DNA from: an uncultured Dehalococcoidia bacterium
GTDB lineage: Bacteria > Chloroflexota > Dehalococcoidia > Lucifugimonadales > JADFKI01
Direction: 5' to 3'
Assembly: GCA_958295865.1 (NCBI GenBank)
Contig: CATQHF010000006.1
Span: forward strand, 91,022-155,021
Length of the DNA stretch: 64,000 bases
The first letter of the stretch is position 1; each line of letters begins with the position of its first letter. The notes under the pieces are model-generated. The model worked only from the letters and a program-made list of their open reading frames with translations, did not search any database and was not told the DNA's origin. Below, piece after piece: positions 19,900-30,236 of the stretch. The position numbers and the translations under genes are program-made.

Positions 19900-20895
19900 T
19901 CAGGGTAGGCTCGTCGCCTCCGCCTCGACGAGAAAGTTCTCGTCGTACAACTCGCTGAGGCGCTCCAGAAACTCTTGCGGGATGTCCTCCGTCTCCGATG
20001 TCGCCGCGAACTCCCTCAGCTGCGGCAAGTTCGTGATGTTCGGCAGCACCGACGCCACCATCCCGCCCGAAAGCGCGAACTTGATGGCAATCTGTCCGAT
20101 GGTGGAGTCCATGTTCTCCATCAGGAAGTCCAGTTGCGTAATCTTCGCCAGTGAGGCGCTCAGCCATTCCTGCCGTCGATGGCTGCGATGGTCGCTCGCG
20201 TCGAACACCGTGTCCTTCGTATAGGTGCCGTCCAGCATTCCCGAGGCATGCGGCACTCGCGTTACCAACCCCGTCTGACGCTCCTCTGCCAACGGAAACC
20301 ATGCGCGCGCCGGGTCCTGCTCCAGAATGCTGTATATTATCTGCATCTCCTGCGCTTCCCGATATTCCATCGCCGCCGTCCCTTCCTCTTCCCAGCCTAT
20401 ATCCGGCCCAATCGCAAAGCCATAGTGCAGGATCTTGCCTTCCTTCACCAGTTCGTCCAGCGTATCGAACACCTCGTCGTTCTCTATGGCGTCCAACTTC
20501 GGATTGTGCAGTTGGTAGAGGTCGATGTAGTCGGTATCGAGCCGCCGCAAGCTCTGCTCGCATGCGTAGCGGATGAACCCCGGCGTCCACCGCTGCGGGC
20601 GCTCCCTGTGTCCCTCGCGCACGACATGCGTGTAGAAGTCATACCCGAACTTGGTGCCGATTACGATGTCGTGGCGCTGCTGCTTCAGCCCCTTCGCCAG
20701 TATCTCCTCGCCGTAGCCCTCGCCGTATGTGTCGCCCGTGTCGAAGAAGTTGATGCCCAGGTCGAAAGCCTGCCTCAGCAGGTTGATGCCCTGCGCTTCC
20801 TCGATCTTGCCCCACCAGCTAGTCCCTACCGTCCACGCCCCAAAGCCCACTTCCGAAACATTCAGGTCAGTCTTGCCAAGTTGTCTGTACTTCAA
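19900..20895 (-). CDS. Aldo/keto reductase
   Basis: [25 protein letters not shown]. Confidence 0.92.
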   Translation of the reverse strand: MKYRQLGKTDLNVSEVGFGAWTVGTSWWGKIEEAQGINLLRQAFDLGINFFDTGDTYGEGYGEEILAKGLKQQRHDIVIGTKFGYDFYTHVVREGHRERPQRWTPGFIRYACEQSLRRLDTDYIDLYQLHNPKLDAIENDEVFDTLDELVKEGKILHYGFAIGPDIGWEEEGTAAMEYREAQEMQIIYSILEQDPARAWFPLAEERQTGLVTRVPHASGMLDGTYTKDTVFDASDHRSHRRQEWLSASLAKITQLDFLMENMDSTIGQIAIKFALSGGMVASVLPNITNLPQLREFAATSETEDIPQEFLERLSELYDENFLVEAEATSLP

Positions 20896-20971
20896 TGAAC
20901 CCCGCCTCTTATCTGATTATTCTCAACTTTTGTCCACTCATTCCAAGCGCCATTTCGCGCGTCGCCCACTG

Positions 20972-21568
20972 CTACACGGCGGGCGTTCTTGCGTCCAGCG
21001 CCTGCCTGATGACCGTCGCCCGCGCCTCATACTCCGCGTCGCTCAGCGCCGGCGTCATGTCGCCGAGACCGACATCTTCCGCCAAATCCACCCACGACTT
21101 GCAGCCGCCGTACTCGCCGAGCGCCGGAAGCGACTGTGGACGCTCTATCGCGTACACGCGCAGCAGCGCGACCGTGAGCGGCTGCTTCGGTCGCCAGTGC
21201 AGCCGCTTGTTGGCGTAGTCCGTCGTCCAGATATGGTACGGCGCAACGCTGTCAAGCGCTTCCTGGTCACTGACCTCGAACTTGTCCGTAACCTCGCACC
21301 AGTAGCCGAACTTGACCAACCCCGGGCTGTCGTTTTCGGCAAGGCTTTGCCGCAGGTCATCGAGGCTTCCCGCCTTGACAAGCTCGGCCCGCTGGTGTTC
21401 GTATGTCGGGTAGAGCACGAACTCAGGATGCACCACGCGAAACTCTTTGTCCGCCTTGTGTATCCCGCCTTTTCTCAGGATGAGAATCTGCTCGCCCTTT
21501 GCGAGCGCCTTCACCGCTACCGCCCACTCTTTGAGCGCAATGTCCGAACTGCTCGGTAATGGCTGCAT
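20972..21568 (-). CDS. DUF1802 family protein
   Basis: ALKEWAVAV, LRKGGI, LYPTYEHQ, YGGCKSWV. Confidence 0.88.
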   Translation of the reverse strand: MQPLPSSSDIALKEWAVAVKALAKGEQILILRKGGIHKADKEFRVVHPEFVLYPTYEHQRAELVKAGSLDDLRQSLAENDSPGLVKFGYWCEVTDKFEVSDQEALDSVAPYHIWTTDYANKRLHWRPKQPLTVALLRVYAIERPQSLPALGEYGGCKSWVDLAEDVGLGDMTPALSDAEYEARATVIRQALDARTPAV

Positions 21569-21676
21569 CTGTCTGCGCCTCCCCATTGTGTATATGCCAA
21601 TCCGCCCAGAAATTATAACGCAGTCGGCGTTACTATGGCGAACGAACGCCGCCCTAATCTATCCCGTACATCGATT

Positions 21677-22594
21677 TTAGCCGTGCTTCTGCCTGTCGAT
21701 GTCGCCCTCATCGGTTCGCAGAAACTCCAGGAACGCCCGTTGAGCCGCCGACAGATGCTTGCCGTCGCGGTAGAACACCGACAGCGGCCTAACGCAGTTC
21801 CAATGCTTCACATTCAGCACCTTGATGAACCCGGCGGCAACATCCGGCGTAACCGCGAACTCGGACAGTACGCCCAGCCCAAGCCCTGCGGCAACGGCGC
21901 GCTTGATTGCTTCATTGCTTCCAAGCTCCATCGTTACGCGCGCTTCCACTTTGCGCGCGCTCAGCAGCTTCTCCGCCGTGCTTCGCGTCGCCGACCCCGA
22001 CTCCCTCATGATGAACTCATGCTTCCTCAGGTCCCTTACGCTAATCTCATCCTGCTGTGCCAACGGATGGTCGGGAGCCGCTATGAACACGATGCGGTCT
22101 TCCACATACGGGAAAGACGCCAGCCCCTTCAGGTTCACCGGCGCGCCCGCCATTCCGATGTCCAGCTCATGATTGTGTATCCGGTCTATGACCGACTGCG
22201 TATTTGAAATCGTCAGCGCAACCTGGATGCCCTTGTGCATCCGCCTAAACTTGCCGATGACCCACGGCAGGATGTACTCGCCCGGCGTCGTGGATGAGCC
22301 GATGGTCAGCCTGCCCGAATGAAGCCCCTGTATGTCCTGCACTACATTGTGCATCTCATCGGCGAGCGCGAATATCCGCTGCGAGTAGCCGAAGACGGCT
22401 TCACCCGTCTCCGTAAGCCGCAGTTCGCGCCGCATCCGATGCAGCAGCGATGCGCCCAGCGACTTCTCCAGCTCGCGCACCTGTATGGACACCGCCGGCT
22501 GGCTGATGGAAAGTTCCTGTGCCGCCTTTGAGAAACTCTGAAGCCGCGCCACCTTGTAGAAGATATAAAGCTGGTGAAAATTGGTTGAGTTCAT
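21677..22594 (-). CDS. LysR family regulator (CysL-like)
   Basis: FSKAAQELSISQPAVS HTH, GSSTTPGEY, RESGSATR, GSNEAIK. Confidence 0.9.
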   Translation of the reverse strand: MNSTNFHQLYIFYKVARLQSFSKAAQELSISQPAVSIQVRELEKSLGASLLHRMRRELRLTETGEAVFGYSQRIFALADEMHNVVQDIQGLHSGRLTIGSSTTPGEYILPWVIGKFRRMHKGIQVALTISNTQSVIDRIHNHELDIGMAGAPVNLKGLASFPYVEDRIVFIAAPDHPLAQQDEISVRDLRKHEFIMRESGSATRSTAEKLLSARKVEARVTMELGSNEAIKRAVAAGLGLGVLSEFAVTPDVAAGFIKVLNVKHWNCVRPLSVFYRDGKHLSAAQRAFLEFLRTDEGDIDRQKHG

Positions 22595-22683
22595 AAGCCA
22601 AAGGTTATAATCTTTGTGTGCATCTTCGCGGGTCATTATACACCAACTGCAAACCCACGCACAAAAGGAACGAGGTAACTCAA

Positions 22684-23214
22684 TTGTTGAACAGGGCGTT
22701 ACGCGCCGCGCTGCTGAACGGCAGCCTATACCGCCAGCTTTCGGACGAGCCGCAGGAAATCTTCTACGCGCTCGCCATAGTCCTGCTGTCGGGAATAACA
22801 TTAGGAGTGGGAATCGAATCTATGCAACTCCCCAAATGGGAGGGCGCTGATATATGGATACTCGTTATGTTCTCCGTCTGGACGCGCTTTGTAGGGTGGT
22901 TCCTCTGGGCGGGAGTCGTCTATATCATCGGTACTAAAGTGTTTGGAGGGCAAGCGGGTTATAGGCGCATCCTTCGAAGCATCGGCATGACCTTCGCTCC
23001 CGGCGTATTGGCGCTTTTTAGCGGGATACCGATTGTCGGCATCTACATGATGGGGCTGTCGTTTTTATGGCTGTTCCCTGCCGGTATGATTGCTATACGG
23101 GAGACGCAGCGCTTGAATTGGGTGCAAGTTTCAATATGCAACATAATAGGCTGGTCTCTGGGCGTCGTTGCGCTGCCTATGCTGCTATTCCAGACCACGC
23201 GCTACACACCTTGA
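22684..23214 (+). CDS. YIP1-like integral membrane protein
   Basis: About five hydrophobic segments, RALRAALL N-terminus, IAIRETQ motif. Confidence 0.65.
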   Translation: MLNRALRAALLNGSLYRQLSDEPQEIFYALAIVLLSGITLGVGIESMQLPKWEGADIWILVMFSVWTRFVGWFLWAGVVYIIGTKVFGGQAGYRRILRSIGMTFAPGVLALFSGIPIVGIYMMGLSFLWLFPAGMIAIRETQRLNWVQVSICNIIGWSLGVVALPMLLFQTTRYTP

Positions 23215-23274
23215 CACTTACGCCCTATGCTACAATAGCCGCATCCGCGACGACAGCCCATCGGAGGCTTGACG

Positions 23275-24144
23275 ATGACAACACGGCACACCAAAGCGGC
23301 GTCGGCAACTACCGCCGCCATTGATGAAACGCCTTGGTACGACCTCATAGACGATCCCGAACCGCCTGAGGACGCGATGCAGCAAGCCGACACGATACTC
23401 TATGTGATGTCCATACTTCAGGCGCGATACGGCAACGACCCCAATACACTCCGGTCCGAGCAGAGCAACGTCGTGTACGACTCCGAGATACGCGGCTCAG
23501 TCGTCGCGCCCGACGGCTATGTCGTGTTCGGAGTGGACGCCAGGGCGATAGAGCGAGACCGCCGAAGCTACCGCATAGATGAGTGGGGCGAGCCGCCCGC
23601 GTTCGTGCTGGAGGTAGCCTCGGAGAGCACGGCAGCGAGAGACCTGACCGAAAAGCGCGAGATATACGCGCGGATGGGCGCGCGGGAATACTGGCGTCTG
23701 GACAAGAGAACCGAATACTACGGCGAACCGCTCGTAGGTGAGCGGCTTGTGGACGGTGAGTATCGACGCTGTGAGCTTCATGTGGAAGCCAACGGCGATA
23801 TATGGTCGCGCAGCGAAGCTTTGGGCGTGGACTTCTTCTTTCGTGTAGAAGAAGGCGCGGGCAGATTCTTGCTTCGGGACAGCATTACCGGCAAATGGCT
23901 GCACAATCTGCCTGAGGAGATTGCCGCCCACGCCGGAACGGAAGTCGCGCGGCAAGCGGAAGCAGTCGCGCGGCAAGCGGCGGAAGCGCGGGCGCAAACG
24001 GAAGCAGTCGCGCGGCAAGCGGCGGAAGCGCAAGCGCAAGCGGCAGAAGCGGCGCGGCAAGCGGAAGAAGCCGCGCGACTGGCATCTGAGGCGCGAAACC
24101 GTGAACTCATGGCGGAGATCGAACGCCTGCGCCGCCGTCAGTGA
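23275..24144 (+). CDS. Uma2 family endonuclease-like protein, copy A, with Ala-rich coiled-coil tail
   Basis: APDGYV, FVLEVASEST, EYWRLD; EAVARQA repeats. Confidence 0.85.
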   Translation: MTTRHTKAASATTAAIDETPWYDLIDDPEPPEDAMQQADTILYVMSILQARYGNDPNTLRSEQSNVVYDSEIRGSVVAPDGYVVFGVDARAIERDRRSYRIDEWGEPPAFVLEVASESTAARDLTEKREIYARMGAREYWRLDKRTEYYGEPLVGERLVDGEYRRCELHVEANGDIWSRSEALGVDFFFRVEEGAGRFLLRDSITGKWLHNLPEEIAAHAGTEVARQAEAVARQAAEARAQTEAVARQAAEAQAQAAEAARQAEEAARLASEARNRELMAEIERLRRRQ

Positions 24145-24232
24145 ACCAAGATGGTTGAGCCTGTCCTTGCCCATACAACCAACACTGCTACAATAGCCGC
24201 ACCAGCGACGACAGCCCATCGGAGGCTTGACG

Positions 24233-25147
24233 ATGACAACACGGCACACCAAAGCGGCGTCGGCAACCGCCGCCGTCGATGAAACGCCTTGGTACGACCT
24301 CATAGACGATCCCGAACCGCCTGAGGACGCGATGCAGCAAGCCGACACGATACTCTATGTGATGTCCATACTTCAGGCGCGATACGGAAGCGATCCCAAT
24401 ACCCTCTGGTCCAGGCGGACCAACATCGTGTACGACTCCGCAATACGCGGCTCAGTCGTCGCGCCCGACGGCTATGTCGTGTTCGGAGTGGACGCCATGG
24501 CGATAGAGCGAGACTGCCGAAACTACCGCATAGACGAATGGGGCGAGCCGCCCGCGTTCGTGATGGAGGTAGCCACGGAGAGCACGGCAACGAGAGACCT
24601 GACCGAAAAGCGTGAGATATACGCGCGGATGGGTGCGTGGGAATACTGGCGTCTGGACAAGAGAACCGAATACTACGGCGAACCGCTAGTAGGTGAGCGG
24701 CTTGTGGACGGCGAGTATCGACGCTGTGAGATTCATGTGGAAGCCAACGGGGATATATGGTCGCGCAGCGAGGCTTTGGGCGTGGACTTCTTCTTTCGTG
24801 TAGAAGAAGGCGAGGGCAGGTTCCTGCTTCGGGACAGCATTACCGGCAAATGGCTGCACAATCTGCCTGAGGAGATTGCCGCCCACGCCAGAACGAAAGC
24901 TGCGCTAGAGGCATCTAAGGCGAGATTGCGAGCGGCGAAAGCGCAGGCGGAAGCGGCGGAAGCGCAGGCGCGAGCGGCTGAGGCTAAGGCGCAAGCGCAA
25001 GCGGCAGAAGTCGCGCGGCAAGCGGCGGAAGCGCGGGCGCAAACGACGGAAGAGGCGCGGCAAGCGGAAGAAGCCGCGCTACAGGCATCTGAGGCGCGAA
25101 ACCGCGAACTCATGGCAGAGATCGAACGCCTGCGCCGCCGTCAGTGA
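24233..25147 (+). CDS. Uma2 family endonuclease-like protein, copy B (tandem paralog)
   Basis: Near-identical to copy A, including the upstream leader. Confidence 0.85.
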   Translation: MTTRHTKAASATAAVDETPWYDLIDDPEPPEDAMQQADTILYVMSILQARYGSDPNTLWSRRTNIVYDSAIRGSVVAPDGYVVFGVDAMAIERDCRNYRIDEWGEPPAFVMEVATESTATRDLTEKREIYARMGAWEYWRLDKRTEYYGEPLVGERLVDGEYRRCEIHVEANGDIWSRSEALGVDFFFRVEEGEGRFLLRDSITGKWLHNLPEEIAAHARTKAALEASKARLRAAKAQAEAAEAQARAAEAKAQAQAAEVARQAAEARAQTTEEARQAEEAALQASEARNRELMAEIERLRRRQ

Positions 25148-25177
25148 ACCAACCTATTCCGTCCATGGATGTTAGCC

Positions 25178-25987
25178 CTATTCATCCCCGTGCAAGGGCG
25201 AAACATACTTGCGAACCACATCCCAGCGCTTCCCAAGCATGCTGCGGATGTTCCGCGATGTAACCGCCTCCACCTCTTCGACCGTCGTGCCTTGCAGCTC
25301 AGCCAGACGGGTAGCGATGACGCGCGTGTGTCGCGGCTCCGTCCAATTCTCGCGCTTCGCCTTGAACGGCTGCGGCGCGGCGTCCGTCTCCAGTACGATG
25401 TTGTCCAGCGAAATCGCCGCCGCTACCTCTTGCAAGTATTTGTACCGCAGCAGCGGGCGCGCCAGCGATATGTAGAACCCCAAGTCGATTGCGCGCCTTG
25501 CCGTGTCCAAGTCCCCTTGGAAGTAGTGCATCACCCCGCCGACCTCATAAGCCCGTTCCTCCCGCAGCACGCGGAACACCTCATCATGCGCCTCGCGGCT
25601 GTGGAACACTATCGGATAGCCCAACTGCCGCGCCAGCCGTATCTGCTCCCGGAACGCCGTGTACTGCATCGCCCTGTCAGGCGCGCCCTCCATGAAGTCC
25701 AGCCCCACTTCGCTGACCACCAGCGTCTTCTCATTCGCCACCGCCAGCCGCTCGAGGCGCTCATAGGTAGCATCGGTGAACGGTTCTTCGATGTCCATCG
25801 GATGTATCCCCACCCCGGAAAAGAAGTCCGCGAACTTGCCCGACAGCGCGATTGAACGCTCAGACGACGACAGCGTCGTCCCCGCCGATATGACGAAGCC
25901 CACGCCCACGTCGCGCCCTCGCTCCAGCACCTCCGACACCTCGGCGTCGGTGTACGAATCCAGATGAACATGGCAGTCAATCAGCAT
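25178..25987 (-). CDS. tatD: TatD family hydrolase
   Basis: DCHVH, GIHP, EVGLD, FHSRE, LETDA. Confidence 0.88.
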   Translation of the reverse strand: MLIDCHVHLDSYTDAEVSEVLERGRDVGVGFVISAGTTLSSSERSIALSGKFADFFSGVGIHPMDIEEPFTDATYERLERLAVANEKTLVVSEVGLDFMEGAPDRAMQYTAFREQIRLARQLGYPIVFHSREAHDEVFRVLREERAYEVGGVMHYFQGDLDTARRAIDLGFYISLARPLLRYKYLQEVAAAISLDNIVLETDAAPQPFKAKRENWTEPRHTRVIATRLAELQGTTVEEVEAVTSRNIRSMLGKRWDVVRKYVSPLHGDE

Positions 25988-26069
25988 CGGCAGCGTTCCT
26001 TATAAATGTAGTATTATTCTTTTCATGAGATGACTTCTAGGTTCTGTTGACATTTTGACTTTTCATCTC

Positions 26070-26218
26070 GTCATTCCTGCCCACTTACCCGTCATTCCTG
26101 CGAAAGAACGTCACCCCTGCGAAAGCAGGGGCAGGAATCCAGCGCTTTGGGATAGCCCTAAAATATGCGAATGTGCCTACATTCTGAGGTTCTGGATTCC
26201 CGTGAAAACGGGAATGAC
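26070..26218. repeat. Family A REPIN
   Basis: 26091-26218 closely matches 14264-14390. Confidence 0.85.
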
Positions 26219-26319
26219 ACAAATGTCCACACAACCTATTGTGATAGCCTTGTATCCAGCATTATACAAAACTCAACGCCGTCGTTTAACCCTGTACATC
26301 TATTATGTGAACGCATCCC

Positions 26320-28140
26320 TTGAAATCGCTGCATCGCCGCCCCATCATTGGGTTTCTCGCCCTCTCCCTCTGCATACTGCTGGGCATGTCGTCCATCGCC
26401 TGCTCAGACGACACCGCTGCGCCGCCGCCTGCTGCCGCCACCGCCGTCATAGACCGGCCTGCGACAACGCCGCCGCAAGCCAACCCTACGCCACGACAAA
26501 CCGTCGCCGCGCCCACGCCTGAACCGACTCAGCCACCGCCGTTGCCCACGATAGTGCCGACTCAGCCGCCACCGCCGCCCACCGCTGCCCCCACCGTCGT
26601 TGCGACGCCCGTCCCGATGACCACGCCGCCCGCAGCCGAAACCTCTGAGCGGCATGGAGGCGCTCTGAACCTCATCAGCCGCCGCAACATCCGCCATCAA
26701 GATGTGCATCAGGATGTATCCGCCGCCCTGTCCACTTGGGGGCCCGGTATCGCTTACAGCCGCCTCATGCGCTTCCGAAGCGGCGCGGATGTAGCGTTGC
26801 CCAGCCTTGCCGTCGAGTGCGAGCTGTGCGACGGCTGGACGATGCTAGACGACGCTACATTCGAGTTCACCCTGCGCGGCGATCCGCTCTGGCAAGACCT
26901 GCATCCGGTCAACGGAAGGCCGCTTGTCGCCGCCGACATAGCCTTCAGCTACGAGCGCCAGCGTGCCGAGGGCGCGCCCAACGCCCCCTTGCTCCATATC
27001 ATAGACACCATTGACGCGCCCGCGGACGACCGCCTGCGAATCACCCTTCACGCCGCGGACGCCGATTTCCTCACCGCGCTCGCCGACGGCCACTCCAAGA
27101 TTGTCGCCAAGGAAGCGGTGGAACTCAGCGGCGACCTCAAGAACGGCCCCACCGTCGGCTCAAGCCCATGGATTCTCGCCGAAACGCAGCCCGACGCCTC
27201 GCACATCTTCCGGCGCAACGACGACTACTTCGAGCCGGACATGCCAATGCTCGACCAAATCCGCATACACATCATTACCGACGACGGCACTGCCTACGCC
27301 GCCTTCCGCGTTCACAAGGTCGATGTGCATCAGCTCCAGCCGCGCGAATGGGAAGATTTTCACACGCAGCAGCCCGACGCCGCTATCCTGCGCTACAAAG
27401 AGATTGGCACGGGCTTGGAGGTGGCTTTCAACACTGCCGAGCCGCCCTTCGACGACCTGCGCGTGCGTCAGTCCGCGATGCTCGCAATGGATCCATGGGG
27501 CGCAATCGCCGACATCTGGGGTTCCGCCGCATACTTGACGCAAGGAGCGCCGCTCGCGAGCGCCGATTGGCAGCTGTCCGACGACGAGCTGCGCGGCTAC
27601 TTCAACGACCGGCGGCGCGCCGGCGCGCTGCTTGCCGATGCCGCCATTCCGCTGCCCATCCCCGTCGCTGTCAAGGTAGGCGACTTTGGCGCGCGCTATC
27701 AGCAACACGCCGAGCGCATCAGAGAAAAGATGCGGGCGGTAGGCTTCGACCCAAGCCTTGAAGTCGTGGACAGGCGGCGCTTTGGCGAAGATGTCTGGTT
27801 CGGCGGCAACTACAAGATGTTCATCGGCCCCACCGCGCCGGTCGCATCGCCCAACGGTTACCTGCTGCCCCTACTCGCTAGTTCAGGCGCATGGAACACC
27901 ACCGGACACGCCAACGATGCGCTCGATGCCCTCATACTGGCGCAGGCTCAGGAGTACGACCCCATCGCGCGCCAAGAACTGGTGATGGACGCGCAGCGAA
28001 TTGCCCTTGAAAACGCCTACCGCTTTATGCCCGCCGCGACCGTCTCTCTATGGGCGTCTTGGCCTCAGGTGCAGGACTTCACGCCCAACTTCGCCGCCTC
28101 CGAATACTCCCACTGGTCCCGCGTTTGGATAAGAGAGTAG
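26320..28140 (+). CDS. ABC transporter substrate-binding lipoprotein (family 5, peptide/nickel type)
   Basis: Lipobox SIAC, Pro/Thr linker, GRPLVAADIAFSY, PPFDDLRVRQ; no permease genes nearby. Confidence 0.85.
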   Translation: MKSLHRRPIIGFLALSLCILLGMSSIACSDDTAAPPPAAATAVIDRPATTPPQANPTPRQTVAAPTPEPTQPPPLPTIVPTQPPPPPTAAPTVVATPVPMTTPPAAETSERHGGALNLISRRNIRHQDVHQDVSAALSTWGPGIAYSRLMRFRSGADVALPSLAVECELCDGWTMLDDATFEFTLRGDPLWQDLHPVNGRPLVAADIAFSYERQRAEGAPNAPLLHIIDTIDAPADDRLRITLHAADADFLTALADGHSKIVAKEAVELSGDLKNGPTVGSSPWILAETQPDASHIFRRNDDYFEPDMPMLDQIRIHIITDDGTAYAAFRVHKVDVHQLQPREWEDFHTQQPDAAILRYKEIGTGLEVAFNTAEPPFDDLRVRQSAMLAMDPWGAIADIWGSAAYLTQGAPLASADWQLSDDELRGYFNDRRRAGALLADAAIPLPIPVAVKVGDFGARYQQHAERIREKMRAVGFDPSLEVVDRRRFGEDVWFGGNYKMFIGPTAPVASPNGYLLPLLASSGAWNTTGHANDALDALILAQAQEYDPIARQELVMDAQRIALENAYRFMPAATVSLWASWPQVQDFTPNFAASEYSHWSRVWIRE

Positions 28141-28155
28141 GGGACTGCCCCGCGC

Positions 28156-29061
28156 TCAAAGTCCCTGCCCATCGACATCATCAGCCCCGTCGTCCCCCGG
28201 ACTCTGGCTTCTCAGAAAGTTCTCCAGCTCGCGCACCATCGTCTCAGGGCTGGGGATGTCCTCGCTGACCGTATGCGCGTCGTCATACCGCCGCTCCAGC
28301 CGCCTGACATAGTTGCTCACATCCGGCTGCTTGGCGATGACCTTGGTCACCTCTTCTTGGTAGGCGCTGCCCGCTATGTGAAGCTCTTCAAGGTCAACAT
28401 CGATGTCAATCAGGCTTCGCAGGCGTGTCAGCAGCGCGTGGCTCACCTTCGGGTCGGGCGATGTGTTCACATAGTGCGGGCAGTGTCCCCAGATGCTGGC
28501 ATGCGTCATGCCCGCCCGCGTGCAGGCGTCCGTGAACGCCGTATGTATGCCCGTCGGCCCCTGGTAGCCTGAGTTCTTGATGCCAAGCCACTCCGCTTTC
28601 TGCGTCAGCTCATGCGAACTCGCCCCGCCCGTTACGCGTGGCTCGCGTGTGTGCGGCACGGCATCCAGCAGCGCGCCAAGCGACACGATTAGCCCCACCT
28701 CATGCCTCTGCGCCACCGTCGTCAGGATGTTCGAGTAGGTGCGCCACTTGAGGTTTGGCTCTGTGCCCATGAACAGCAGCAGCGCGCGCGATTCGTCCTT
28801 AGGGGAATAGTAGTACAGATCGTTCTGCGGCCAGCGAATGATGCGCTCACCCCGCCGGTTCACCCGCGAGTGCGGCCTGACATGCGTGAAGTCGTAGAAC
28901 TCTTCGGGATCAATCTCCGCGAACCGCTTCGCGCGCAGCTTGCGTACAAGAAACCGAACCGCCCTAGTCGCTGCTTCGGCGGCGTCCGGCCAGCCCGCGA
29001 ATGCGACCAGCATCGTAGGCAATTTGCCTTCCGGCGTATCGTGCTCAATCAGCCCATCCAT
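28156..29061 (-). CDS. PAC2 family (proteasome assembly chaperone-like) protein
   Basis: AFAGWPDAAEAA, IDPEEFYDF, EPNLKWR, VPHTR, PHY. Confidence 0.88.
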   Translation of the reverse strand: MDGLIEHDTPEGKLPTMLVAFAGWPDAAEAATRAVRFLVRKLRAKRFAEIDPEEFYDFTHVRPHSRVNRRGERIIRWPQNDLYYYSPKDESRALLLFMGTEPNLKWRTYSNILTTVAQRHEVGLIVSLGALLDAVPHTREPRVTGGASSHELTQKAEWLGIKNSGYQGPTGIHTAFTDACTRAGMTHASIWGHCPHYVNTSPDPKVSHALLTRLRSLIDIDVDLEELHIAGSAYQEEVTKVIAKQPDVSNYVRRLERRYDDAHTVSEDIPSPETMVRELENFLRSQSPGDDGADDVDGQGL

Positions 29062-29249
29062 CTGTAAATCCCCCCGTCCTTATGCCCATATTCTAGCACC
29101 ATACGCCAAAATATGCCAAGATGATGCCGTTGCCGCCTTCCCTGACTGCCCATCCATGTTAGCCGCCGCCCCTTCGTGTTATAATCGCAGCGCAAACTAA
29201 TACTCGTATGCGTAAATATGCCCTTATACCTTATGGAGGTGCGCCTTCT

Positions 29250-30185
29250 ATGCCTGACAACATCGTGGGAATCGCGGTGCCCGCTCCCGACGCCCAATCC
29301 GTCATCAACTCAATCGTCGAAGCCGAGAGCGTCGGCATCCGCGCTGCATGGCTCACATCCGGCGGCGACGCGGGCGACGCGCTGACAACCCTCGCCGTCG
29401 CTGCCGACCGCACCAACAGCATCCTGCTCGGCACATCCATCATGCAAACATGGTCGCGCCATCCCATAACTGCGGCACGACAGGCGCAGACGATAGACGC
29501 CGTCGCGCCCGGACGCCTGCAACTCGGCGTAGGCCCCGGACACCTCCAAGCGATGCGCCAGACCTTTGGCGTGGGCTTCCAAGCGCCACTGAGCCATCTT
29601 ACCGAATATGTGAGGGTACTCAAGACGCTGCTGCATGAGGGCGAAATAGACTTCCAAGGCGAACACATCGTCGCCGCCGCATCCCTGCCCGCGCCCGCGA
29701 ATGTCGCTGTCATGGCGTCCGCCCTGCGCCCCCGCTCGTTCGAGATGTGCGGCGCGGAGGGCATCGGCGCGATAAGCTGGGTCTGCCCGCATCCGTATGT
29801 CCGCGATGTCGCGCTCCCCGCGATGAAAGCAGGCGCGCAGCAAGCCGGTCACGACACGCCCCCGCTCGTAGTCCACGCGCCCGTCTGCGTAACCGACGAC
29901 CTCGCGGCGGCGCGGCAGGGCGTCCGCGACCAGCTCGGCTACTTCCCATACACCCCCTTCTATGCGCGCATGTTCGCCGCCGCGGGCTTCCAGCGCGCCG
30001 ACGATACCGGCTGGACGGACGAGATGCTCGACTCCGTGCTTCTCGCCGGAGACGAAGCCGCCGTCGCCGCGCAAATCCGCGCGATATTCGACTGGGGCGC
30101 GGACGAACTGCTCGCCAGCATCGTAACCGTCGGCGACCCCGACGAATCCCGCCTCCGCACCATGCGCCTACTCGCCGATGCCTAG
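29250..30185 (+). CDS. LLM-class flavin/F420-dependent oxidoreductase
   Basis: ILLGTSI...RHP, GRLQLGVG luciferase-like fold pattern; GGAGG RBS. Confidence 0.85.
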   Translation: MPDNIVGIAVPAPDAQSVINSIVEAESVGIRAAWLTSGGDAGDALTTLAVAADRTNSILLGTSIMQTWSRHPITAARQAQTIDAVAPGRLQLGVGPGHLQAMRQTFGVGFQAPLSHLTEYVRVLKTLLHEGEIDFQGEHIVAAASLPAPANVAVMASALRPRSFEMCGAEGIGAISWVCPHPYVRDVALPAMKAGAQQAGHDTPPLVVHAPVCVTDDLAAARQGVRDQLGYFPYTPFYARMFAAAGFQRADDTGWTDEMLDSVLLAGDEAAVAAQIRAIFDWGADELLASIVTVGDPDESRLRTMRLLADA

Positions 30186-30236
30186 CTAAATCCCCTCCAT
30201 CCCGTTAGCGCCGTCCGTATAAGGAGAAAGCAAGCC

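Noticed and set aside
26055-26522. ORFs containing VIPAKERHPCESRGRNP or CHSERSEES (also 2782, 43203, 45950 and 47366)
   Set aside because: These are translations of REP elements rather than genes.
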